A stretch of DNA of 64,000 nt from positions 744,001 to 808,000 of the forward strand of contig CATNEN010000014.1 of the NCBI GenBank assembly GCA_950097015.1, given 5' to 3'. The position numbers and the translations under genes are program-made. Source of the stretch: Macrostomum hystrix. Lineage: Eukaryota > Animalia > Platyhelminthes. Within the stretch, counting starts at the first letter, position 1. Each line of letters begins with the position of its first letter. The notes beneath the pieces are model-generated. The model was not told where the DNA came from, made no database searches, and saw only the letters and a list, made by a program, of their open reading frames with translations. This document shows, in pieces, positions 45,501 to 57,105 of the stretch.

Positions 45501-48500
45501 AGTCTGGTAGGTTAAAGTATTGTCCATAAGAGAGTCTGGTAGACTGGAATCTTTTGGATAAGAGAGTCTGGTAGACTGGACTCTTTTGGATCAGAGAGTC
45601 TGGTAGACTGGAATCTTTTGGATCAGAGAGTCTGGTAGACTGGAGTCTTTTGGATCAGAGTGTCTGGTAGACTGGAATCTTTTGGATCAGAGAGTCTGGT
45701 AGACTGGAGTCTTTTGGATCAGAGAGTCTGGTAGACTGGAGTCTTTTGGATCAGAGTGTCTGGTAGACTGGACTCTTTTGGATCAGAGAGTCATTATCAA
45801 TAAGATAGGTGTCTTTTGTAAGTATTGTGTAGTCTTGTAAGTCTTTTGTAGAAGGCAATGTGCTATCGGCTGTGGTCTTGCACATAGACAGTGAGCACTC
45901 AAGGCTATCCAATCAGCTCACGTAAGTACGTGCACACAGTCGTAGTCCGTGACATTGAAACTCGGCGTTGCCATTATATGTTTATTCAGTAATCCCAGCA
46001 TGTACTCTACATTACTAGAATGGAATCGAATATAATGGAATGTCTCGAAACGAAAGTCATCTTTAGTACGGCTAGTACGGCTTGTGTGAATTTCCAGCGC
46101 GCTGACTACTACGTCGATGTCGAAGCGGCGAAATAACTGCAGAAATAGCGAAAAAATGCCTCTTATACTGCTTTCAGTACAGTGCGAAAAACAAACTGCA
46201 GCTTTGTATATCCATAATATTTTATTTAGAATTTTTTAAGAGTGTAAAAATATAAAATGTATCATCTGTTAGACATAGGAATCACCTGTTAGACATGGGA
46301 ATCACCTGTTAGACATGGGTATCATCTGTTAGACATGGGTATCACCTGTTAGACATGCGTATCACCTGTAAGACTTGGGTTTCACCTGTTAGACATGGGT
46401 ATCACCTGTTAGACATGGGTTTCACCTGTTAGACATGGGTATCACCTGTTAGACATGGGTATCACCTGTTAGACATGGGTATCACCTGTTAGACATGCGT
46501 ATCACCTGTAAGACATGGGTTTCACCTGTTAGACATGGGTTTCACCTGTTAGACATGGGTTTCACCTGTTAGACATGGGTATCACCTGTTAGACATGGGT
46601 ATCACCTGTTAGACATGCGTATCACCTGTAAGACATGGGTTTCACCTGTTAGACATGGGTGTCACATGTTTGACATGGGTATCACCTGTTAGACATGGGT
46701 ATCACCTGTTAGACATGGGCGTCACATGTTTGACATGGGTATCACCTGTAAGACATAGGCGTCACCTGTTAGACATGGCCATCACCTGTTAGACATGCCT
46801 ATCACTTGTTAGACACTATACTCACGTTGCTGACGATTCCAATAATGCTCTGTACCGCATGAATCACAGCCGATAAGCTCCCGGAGTGCATCTTGTACTG
46901 CAATGAGAAGTGAGCAGCTGGACCATTAATCTAGTGAAGTTTTTTTTTGGGCCTAAATAAGGCCACATTTTTTCACATCGGAAACGCTAATCATTGCTAA
47001 GGCCCTCTAGTATCCATGGTTACCCCAATGGCAAACAAAATATCTCTTAATTTGCATAGCATCTCGCACAGCAGTAGAATCTCGAGCTACGAGCAAGCAA
47101 AACAGTTTGCAATATTAAAAACTGTCTTGACCACTTTACTTCGATTGCCTCGCCTAATGTCTATGGTACACCCACATGACCTGGCCTAATGTCTATGGTA
47201 CACCCACATGACCTGGCCTAATGTCTATGGTACACCGACATGACCTGGCCTAATGTCTATGGTACACCGACATGACCTGGCCTAATGTCTATGGTACACC
47301 CACATGACCTGGCCTAATGTCTATGGTACACCCACATGACCTGGCCTAATGTCTATGGTACACCCACATGACCTGGCCTAATGTCTATGGTACACCGACA
47401 TGACCAGGCCTAATGTCTATGGTACACCCACATGACCTGGCGTAAAGTCTATGGTACACCCACATGACCTGGCCTAATGTCTATGGTACACCCACATGAC
47501 CTGGCCTAATGTCTATGCTTCTCCCTCAAGTCTTTCCAAAGCTAGTCGCTACTGTTATTATATGCTATATTAACATCAAATTATAAATGTTACACTCACA
47601 AACCAATAATCAGCGATGATGTAGAGCTGCATAATGAATGGGCCGTCACGACTGAGCACCTTCCTGCTCAAGTCCAGCTTTATGGACCGCATATCGAACT
47701 TTTTGAAATTATAGAACCGTGCTAAGCGCCGTTGCCTCTGTATTTGAGTTTTGAACAAGCAAAGGCGAGTAGAATTAACGGAATTGATTCAGTCAGTCTG
47801 TCTGTGTTAGCTTGATCAGTCCATGGACTGGGTGCCGTCACACTCACTCAAATTTCTATCCGAGCTAATGCTGCTAATGCTGCTAATGCGGTTAGGAGTC
47901 CGAAGCTCTGCGCCAAAACCTCATGAGCATACGCTTTCAATGTTGGGTCACCAAGAAGCATAGAATTTGCAAAGCTAAGCCTCATCTATATAACTCTTGA
48001 TTTTTAACTGGCTAACATGATCAAGCTGAACAGCAACTTGACACTTGAATGGCACCAGTCATAAATACTTTTGCTATTCTGCCCCATTCTATCTGTTGGT
48101 CAGCTTTATCAACAATGGGAACAGCCATCCATCTGACATTATCCTTAATCCTTGGGATATAGAATAGTGACTCATAGAATAATTAGTCACTTTCAAAATT
48201 GGGCTCTTGAACTTTATTAATCCAAATAATGGCTTACCTGTAATAAAACGCTGCCACCAAGCATTTTGGTCAGTTGCTGTGGACTTACTGGAAGTTATGG
48301 TGAAACCCATCTACTTATTCATTGAGCATCTCAATATATTTCTAAAGTGATGTGAATGAAAACAAAAATCATACTCACGTGCAGCAATCCGCTTATTCAG
48401 CACATCATAGGCCGATTCCAATGCTTGACGCTGCTTCCAACCGACACTTGAAGGATACAAGTTGAGCTGGTACACCTGCCAGCTTGAGTCACGCAGCCGC

Positions 48501-50827
48501 ATGCGATGCCCGGTGGCTTGAATATAGCCCAGGTGAGTGATGTTGATTGACAGCGTGCCACTGTCAATGAGGGTTTGATTCAGCTGCCCGGGTAAATGAT
48601 CTGCATGGCTGTCTGTTCTGGGCTGTCTGTTCTGGGGTGTCTGTTCTGGGGTGTCTGTTCTAGGCTGTCTGTTCTGGGCTGTCTGTTCTGGGCTGTCTGT
48701 TCTGGGGTGTCTGTTCTGGGGTGTCTGTTCTGGGGTGTCTGTTCTGGGGTGTCTGTTCTGGGGTGTCTGTTCTGGGCTGTCTGTTCTGGGGTGTCTGTTC
48801 TGGGGTGTCTGTTCTGGGGTGTCTGTTCTGGGGTGTCTGTTCTGGGGTGTCTGTTCTGGGCTGTCTGTTCTGGGCTGTCTGTTCTGGGGTGTCTGTTCTG
48901 GGCTGTCGGTTCTGGGCGTCTGTTCTGGGCTGTCTGTTCTGGGGTGTCTGTTCTGGGGTGTCTGTTCTGGGGTGTCTGTTCTAGGGTGTCTGTTCTGTAG
49001 TGTCTGTTCTGAGGTGTGTGTATCTGGGGTGTCTTTTCTGGGATGTCTGTTCTGGGCGTCTGTTCTGGGCTGTCCGTTCTAGGCTGTCTTCTGGGGCGTC
49101 TGCTCTGGGGTGCCTGCTCTAAGGTGTCTGCTCTGGGATGTCTGAACTGCATGGCTGTCTATTCTGGGCTGTCTTCTGGGTGTCTGATCTGGGGTATCTG
49201 TTCTAGGGTGTGTGTATCTGGGGTGTCTGATCTGTGGTGTCTGATCTGCGGTGTCTGCTCTCGGGTATCTGATCTGGGGCTTCTGCTCTGGGGTATTTGA
49301 TCTAGGGTGTCTGCTCTGGGGTATTTGATCTCGGGTGTCTGATCTGAGGTGTCTGTTAATTCTGGTGTGTCTGATCTGCATATCTGTGTGTTCTCGAGTG
49401 TCTGTTCTGGGAGTCCGTTCTCACCGCAGCAGGTCAGAGCAGAGTGACACAAGGCCTGGCTGAGTCACATTGCCGAACTGGGCAGTCCCAGACTCAATCG
49501 GCCACGCTGAGTAGTGGCACTGAGAGCGATGTCGCGATTTGGTGGCCCGGGATCGACTCCCCACGATTCGAACTGGGAACTCTTCAGGTCTGGAAAAGTA
49601 TTTAACAAAGAGCTGCTACAAAGAGGCTTGCAGCAATAGGTCGTATTCGAGCTTCATCAAAAAGTATAAAAGTGCATTTGTGCTTACCTTCTCACCGCCA
49701 GGTAGAATGAGAACCGGCGCAGCGATGGCATAGCAACAATCTCTAAGACCAAATTTCTGCCGATTTTCTGAAGCGGTAAAATCGAACTCACAATTTTGAA
49801 AACATTGAAACAATTTCAAGGCTCCGGTGTGTACCAGCTGGCACAGCCTTCTGTCGACAGGGGCAGCCTTCCACTGACAGGGCTAACTTCCACTGACAGG
49901 GCTAACTTTCACTGACAGGGCAACCTTCCACTGACAGGGCTACCTTCCACTGACAGGGCTACCTTCCACTGAAAGGGCTACCTCCCACTGACAGGGCAAC
50001 CTCCCACTGACAGGGCTACCTTCCACTGACAGGGCTACCTTCCACTGACAGGGCTACCTTCCACTGACAGGGCTACCTTCCACTGACAGGGCAACCTTCC
50101 ACTGACAGGGCTACCTTCCACTGACAGGGCTACCTTCCACTGACAGGGCAACCTTCCACTGACAGGGCTACCTTCGACTGACAGGGTTAACTTCCACTGA
50201 CAGGGCAACCTCCCAATGAGGCTCAACCACTCAAATCAACAAAGTTTCATATGTAGGCTTCACCTTCTAGCCTTTTGTAGGTGCAAGATTCCAACACAAT
50301 GATGTTAGTAACAGTACGAGTGGTGGCATTTGATGACAGAACATATGCATCTGTTCCAATTTGCTCATCGTTAACGATTGTGCACACTCGCTTTAATTTT
50401 AGTCCAACAATACCAAATCTCTAAAATGTTTTCTTACTAAAAAGGTTTAGTTCAATCATTTTAGATTTTGCTTACCCGGCTTGGCTGAACTTCCTGACCA
50501 TCGTTGGCCTGAAATGTTCTCACCTTGGCCAGCAAGGTTAATGGCCTGGTTGAGTCCGCTGAAATTGCAGTTGAGAAGGCTAGAAATTCAGTGGCAATCA
50601 TTGCTTTTGTAGCTTTCCAGCTTGTATTTTGTAAAATATGCTCGCTAATTACTTTTGAATTGTGTTGTCATTTCAAATAATGCATTTAAAACTGAGCACA
50701 CTCAAAATAGTTAAAAGGATTGTGAGTACTCACCAATTGCGCAGTTGGAACACAGCAGGATGATAAATTTAGCTATTAATGTGATACAAAGAAGGCTATG
50801 GAGTTCACTGGCATGACTTATTGGCAT
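42588..50827 (-). CDS. ADAM-family protein (signal, prodomain, inactive metalloprotease, disintegrin, Cys-rich, EGF, hydrophobic C-terminus), 13 exons
   Basis: Exons 50734-50827, 50476-50558, 49688-49767, 49425-49589, 48379-48560, 48238-48287, 47600-47737, 46826-46897, 45922-46136, 45306-45393, 44558-44952, 43307-43601, 42588-43085; all GT-AG and in phase. QCHY and LCSDLLRG (prodomain), RQRR furin site, QLYIIAD, CGNGLLEDGEDCDCG, CRAAKGQCDLPEFCNG, CHCPPGFAPPDC, GNGGSIDSG. Exon 6 is the least certain. Confidence 0.88.
44178..44414 (-). mobile_element. tRNA-derived SINE, copy 2 (in an ADAM intron)
   Basis: Box A TGGCAGAGCGG, box B-like GAGCTCGATTCC; homologous to 12184-12375. Confidence 0.75.
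45030..45135. repeat. 22-bp minisatellite (gattagggagactgggaacaga), about 4-5 copies
   Basis: Directly visible, intronic. Confidence 0.8.
45520..45792. repeat. 32-bp minisatellite (agagagtctggtagactggaatcttttggatc), about 8 copies
   Basis: Period of 32 (45561, 45593). Confidence 0.9.
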
Positions 50828-51688
50828 GTTTACACAAAAAGTTGTAGCGATTCAACCAGTGGAATAGTCAATCGTCAATATATATATAATTCCTGCCATT
50901 TGAAACCCGATGTATATAGTTTCAGGATTGGAAAGGCTCATAGACTAAAACAGCGGGCACGGAAAGTCGATTTGTGCCCGCTGCCGGGGGATTTCGTCTA
51001 TGTCCAAAGCAACGGAAATATTGCTGCAAAGCCAAGAAATCATTAGAGAGCTGCTATCTATTGATGCAAGGGATGGAGGGATGAGACTCAGCGGCAGAAA
51101 GCTGCGTAAAGACAATCATTCCGAACAAGTTTTGGACAAATCGAGATGAGACATTAAGAAACTTGAGCATGTCCTTAAAGTCCGCTCGCACCGGCGGGAC
51201 ACAACGCCTGTGAGGTATGAGTCAGTCCAGGCCCACGGGCTAAGGTCTGCGATGCCTCACACCTGCGCAGTCGCTTTTTGAGCAGGCTTGGCAGGAAGCA
51301 TCCCTCTGGTCGTTCAAAAAATCAACTTCGGCTTATAACGGGTTTATGAGCGGTTTATAAGCCCATACGATAAGAGATTTATACGAAAGCTTTCGCCGTT
51401 TTAGAATTCTGGTAGAACACAACTGTATACATATAAAACATATTTTTTATCAATTTCTGTTGCAAGATACATTTTCTGGGCAAGCAAAATGTGTATATTT
51501 TAACAACAAATCATACTTTCTTTTCGCCAATGACCAAAACAGTAGTCGATAGTTTCGCCGTTTTAAAAATATGAAAAAGCGAGGCTTAATTGATGGTTTT
51601 TTATTGCATTCACTTTTTCGCCAGCTTTTATTATCATATATCTGAACATTTTGTAATGTAGGCAATAACGAGCTTCATCGACAGCAAT
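46260..51688. repeat. Segmental duplication, copy B, including arrays at 46260-46815, 47153-47515, 48600-49420 and 49850-50215
   Basis: Collinear with 27190-35550. Confidence 0.95.
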
Positions 51689-54600
51689 TTGGTTTTAAAA
51701 GTCCACCCGTATATACTTTTATGCAAAATGGAATCACCATGTTTCCACGAACATATTAGGAATAGAGACATAGTTTTCCTCTGTGAGACCCACGCCAAAC
51801 AGGAGCAGCTAGACTCAAACACGCTGATAGATTTCACCTGCTTTGGAGCAGATGGAATCAAGGCAAGGGGAATCAACAAAGGTAGATTATCAAATGGCAT
51901 GGTTTTCCTCGTTAAAAATAATATTGCAAAGAGAACCACATTAGTGCACAAATCTGACTTCGCTCTGGTACTAAAAATAAAGCAAAAGCAGTCTGAAGAA
52001 CCTCTGTATATCTTAGGGTGCTATATTCCACCGGAAAATTATAAATACTACAAGGAAGATATATGGGAGGAGATTAAATATCTCATCCAGCTCTTCTCAA
52101 GAGAGGGCTCCGTATTAACAGTAGGTGACTTCAATGCACGAACTGGCACATTACAGTCCAGCACTAGGGATAAGTTTCCCAGACAGAATCAGGACTCTGA
52201 GAAAAACAAGCATGGACTAAGACTGATGGAAATGTGCTCCGAGACCAAGAGCACGATTCTGAACGGAATGACTCAGGGTGACATTATGGGAAATTACACT
52301 TTTAGTAGCACACTAGGCCGAAGTACCATAGACTACGCTATTGCATCCATGGATAAAGTGGATATTATAAAAGACTTCTTTATTCATCCTCAAAGCTTTC
52401 TGTCCAGACATTGCCCGCTAACAGTCACTCTGATTTTTCCTGATCATGTCCAACCCGAACACGCAAACCAGGAAAAACATGAATCCTTCCCAATGCCTCC
52501 AAGATGGGACACTGAAACGCAGGGAAGTTACATTGAGGCATTGAATAACAAACAAAGCGAAGAAATAATTAGAAAGTTGCAATCTATCGACGCACACGAT
52601 GGAAAATCCCTGGAAAATTTGTTCTCGAGCTTGACCAACCTGCTTAGAGACTCAGTGGCAGAAAGCTGCGCAAAGACAATCATTCCGAACAAGTTCTGGA
52701 CAAATCGAGACGAGACACTAAGAAACTTGAGCAAATCATTAAAGTACGTGGCCAGGAAAAAAAGACGTAGACCAACTGACAGCGCGCTGGCATCAGAATA
52801 TAATGGGCTAGCGAAAAAATACAAACAACAGCTCAAGAAACTTAAGCAGATGGACATAAATGACTGCATTCAGAAAATGGCGGCTAACGGAACCTCAAAG
52901 GGATTCTGGTCCGGTCTTAGAAGAGCAGAAGAGTTGCTGTTCCCCAGCAGGAGACTTAACAGATCTCAAGCCCCAATCGCTGACATCGCGGACAACCTAA
53001 CCAAAGTGTTTAACGCACATCCTTCTTCGGGAACCCAGCCGCATCGCACAGATGAAGCAGTTAGTCCCGAAGATTTAATTAGCTGCGTAGATCTCGATAG
53101 AGCAGTTAAAAAGCTAAAGAGAAGAAAGGCTGCAGGAATAGATGGTATAACAAATGAGCACATTATCTACGGACAAGAGAAGCTAAAACCCGTACTTCTG
53201 AAGCTTTTTAACGCAAGCGTAAGACTCGGCCAGACTCCTGCACAGTGGTCAAATGCCCTAATCACACCGATTTATAAAAAGGGTTCCCGTAGTGACCCCA
53301 AAAACTACAGACCCATAAGCGTGCTGCCTGCCCTGGCTCGCCTGTTTGCCTCACTTATCTATGAAAAGCTAGAAACTCATATTCGCACCCTCGACTTGCT
53401 TTCAGCCAGTCAAATAGGAAATAGAAAGGGCTACCGAACTTCAGACCACATTGCCACTCTCTTGTCGTTGATCCACAACAAAAAGCGTCGCAAAAGACCA
53501 TTTCACTTAGTATTCTTTGACTTAAAAAGCGCATTTGACATGGTCCACCATCCAACACTTTTCCAACGACTTAGGGAGTTAAAGGTCAGCCCAGAAATAA
53601 TCGAAGCAATACAAAGCATGTACTCAGGAGCTAAATTCCAACTGAAGATGGCCAAGCAACTAAGGCAAGGAGCATAACAAATGGAGTAAGACAAGGCTGT
53701 CCCCTATCCCCTCTACTCTTCTCACTCTATATAGATCCTTTGAGCACAATGCTAAGGGATTCATTTCGCAGCGACACCTTCATTAAAGATGAACAAATCA
53801 ACAACTTGCTATACTGCGATGATTTAGTGATCTTTGGAGAGAATCCTCGAGAGTTGCAGAAGGGCCTCGATAAAGTGTCTGAATTTTGTCAGAGCCACAA
53901 GCTAGAAATCAATATGCAAAAAACTAAGGTTATTAGCTGTTGCCCTGACCCATCAAAGACGGCTAACAAACTATTTCTGCAGGGACAACTGTTAGATAGC
54001 GTCAAAGAATGGAAATATCTTGGCTTTCACATCAATGCTAAAGGAACCGTGGATTCCCATGCCACAGAGATTAACAAAAAATGTGGATATCCTATTCTTC
54101 TCTTAAGGAAATTAGCCAGCCATGGGGCGGTCAGATACAATCAGCTCATGCTGTACTGCACAGCAATGATAGAAAGCATAGCTCTGTACGCCTCTGAGGC
54201 CTGGGGGGCTTTTGTCTCGTGGAACCTGGGTCCTTGGGACCGCTGTCTTTTTGAAAGAGTAAACATCAGGTGCTGTAAAGCCATACTACAAGTCAGCCAA
54301 AATACGGATGGCAACGGGGCCCGCTCGGAGTTAGGCAGATTGCCTTTATTATACAACATCCAGAAAAGAAGCATTTCGTACTGGGCCTCCATAACAAGCC
54401 GGCCGGACTCCATAATTTCCAAGTTATTGGCGGACCAAACATACAGTGATGTTGGAATCAAAGCAAAGACCAACAATGACGTTATGCTGAACTGCAGAGG
54501 CATTAGTCCTGCAAAAGCAATTGGAAACCACAGGAAAAATTTCGTTTCTCAGTTCGATACCCATTGGAGACAAAGGACACAGAACTCAAGCAAGCTAAGT

Positions 54601-55263
54601 CACTTCTATTACTCCTTCAAGCAATATTATTCAGCCGAAAAATATTTACAACAAATATACAACCCGGAGTGGAGACGTACCATAGCCTCGTTTAGACTAG
54701 GAAACCATAAGCTAGCTTGCGAAACATTGCGAACTGCGAGACCGAAAATTCCGTATGTAAATAGATTATGTAGTAAGTGCAAAACAGAAGTTGAAAACGA
54801 GGTCCACTTCCTTTTTAAGTGCACTTGGAATAAGTATAGCGCAGCACGTTCGAAATTTGAGACGGAAGTTTCTGGGAAAACCCCCAATTTCATATCCTTA
54901 ACAGCAGAAGAAAAATCTAACTACATAATGGCTCAAGACGATAGGGAAACCGCTGAAGCTTTAGCAAAATACATCATAGAAATATCTAAAATAAGGGAAC
55001 AGCTGCCCTGAGACTACGAGATTTTACTAGCATTCAACAATAGATATTTCATAATTTGTTTTATCCCTGGCGTCCCTTGTGTTTTTACTGCTCTTATTTT
55101 TAATACCTTTGCTTTCCCTTCCCAGCTCGATATTTGATTCCTACTAAACTTCGCTTTTTATGTTGCTTTTCGTTGTTCATTTAAATGTGTTGTTAAAAAA
55201 TATATAATAAAAAAATCAGCACCCATAGATGGCGTGCGCGTTTTAATAATAATAATAATAATA
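51689..55263 (+). mobile_element. CR1/L2-group LINE (APE-RT-C-terminal CCHC), 5'-truncated, single 1-nt frameshift near 53645
   Basis: FLCETH, GDFNART, TIDY, NYRPISVL, DLKSAFD, GVRQGCPLSPLLF, YCDD, LCSKC-ENEVHFLFKC; (TAA)n tail at ~55246-55263; absent at the matching site of copy A; no TSD found. Confidence 0.88.
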
Positions 55264-56024
55264 CACTTTTGACCGTATATACCATGCAAAAACGGGCCAG
55301 TTTTGGCTAACATATCATGATATATGATATCGTAGCACGGTATCATTATGTAAAATGCATATCTCTTCCGCGCGATTTCAAATGTCTTTCGGTTTACTGT
55401 ACACCTAGCTCGGTATTTCTTTGGTTAGCTATGCAATTTAACTGATATTTACTGTGCTAGCTCTAGGCTCTACTTTTCTCCATTTTCACAGTGTATTTAG
55501 TTTTTTTCACTTTTAGCATGGAGATTCGCATACTTGGCCTAGTCTTATAATAATAGCTACTATAATTAATATTATTATACATAATTGACCTGTCTAATCA
55601 TTGTGGTCTATTGAGCTAGGCTAATATTTTTTTCTTACTATTATCTGTATGGTAGCAGGTAGCTAGGCTATTGCTATCTGAGCGAACAGGAAATATATTA
55701 GTATATGTAGTAATATAAAACATATATATTATCTATGCTATATGGTACCAGTTATATAGCAAGCAAAGCAAGCAAAAAATGGTAGCTTTTAGATGCTGAA
55801 ATGGTATAAACAGTATAATTCATACTCACTTTAGAATGGCTAATTGCCTAATACTAGGCCTATATGAATTGCTTGATATTTATATCTTTTTTTCATTGAC
55901 ACTACTCTAGACCTAATATAAATTTGCTATTAGTTTCAGTATAAATACGTGTATAAATTTGTATTGTTGGTTTAAATATGATCTTTTTAATATAGGTTGT
56001 ATACCTACAACATACCTACTGCTA

Positions 56025-56170
56025 GGGGTTGTAGCCTAGTGGTTAGAGCATTGGACTCATGACTTAAAGGTTAAGGGTTTGATTTGAGGGTTTACCAGCA
56101 TTACCTAGGGTAATTGATTATGGGTATGGTGGCCTCCTAGTTCATGGACTGAACAGCCATATGTAGCCTT
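56025..56170 (+). mobile_element. Degenerate tRNA-derived SINE head
   Basis: ggggttgtagcctagtggttagagca (box A-like) and ggtttgattt (decayed box B). Confidence 0.5.
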
Positions 56171-56204
56171 GATCCTTGATGTCCCTCTGAACAACAGCTA
56201 TCCT

Positions 56205-56885
56205 ACTTTACTGCTATCCTATCCTCTCTGTTGGCCCTTCTTGCTGTCCTACATTCCCTGCTGCCCTATCCTCCCTACTGTCTTACCCTCCTTACTGCCC
56301 CACCCTCCCTGCTGCCCCACTCTCTCTCCCTACTGTCCCGCATTTCCTACTGGCCCTCCCTGCTTCCCCACCCCTCCTTGCCCTACCCTCCCTGCTGTCC
56401 TGCCCTCCCTGCTAGCCCTACCTGCTGTCCTAACCTCCCTGCTGTCCCACCCTCCCTGCTGTGCTGCCCTCCCTGCTAGCCCTACCTGCTGTCCCACCCT
56501 CCCTGCTGTCCCACCCTCCCTGCTGTCCCACCCTCCCTGCTGTCCCACCCTCCCTGCTGTCCCACCCTCCCTGCTGTGCTGACCTCCCTGCTAGCCCTAC
56601 CTGCTGTTCCACCCTCCCTGTTGTCCCACCCTCCCTGCTGTCCCACCCTCTCTGCTGTCCCACCCTCCCTGCTGTCCCACCCTCCCTGCTGTCCCACCCT
56701 CCCTGTTGTCTCACCCTCCCTGTTGTCCCACCCTCCCTGCTGTGCTGCTCTCCCTGCTAGCCCTACCTGCTGTCCCACCCTCCCTGCTGCCCCACCCTCC
56801 CTGTTGTCCCACCCTCCCTCCCTGCTGTGCTGCCCTCCCTGCTAGCCCTACCTGCTGTCCCACCCTCCCTGCTGCCCCACCCTGC
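56205..56885. repeat. 18-bp minisatellite (ctgctgtcccaccctccc), degenerate at its 5' side
   Basis: Directly visible. Confidence 0.9.
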
Positions 56886-57105
56886 ATGCTGGCCCAACCC
56901 TTCATTTTGTTGATACCCACCGTTTTTTGTTCTTCTTGCGGAACTTATCTGTTGCTAAGTCATCAATATCATATTACCGTAAAAGTCACAAGAGGCCTCG
57001 AGTTTTGCGAACCACAGTAACGACGCAGTGCAATAATATGTGAGTTTGCTCTGTTTAGAACCTTAGTTTTTCTACTATTTTTAGAGTAATATTTTTTCCT
57101 TTCAG

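Noticed and set aside
49560-49600. tRNA box B (GTTCGAATC) suggesting a SINE or tRNA here and at ~30930
   Set aside because: It lies inside ADAM exon 4 (PVRIV codons); no box A or cloverleaf
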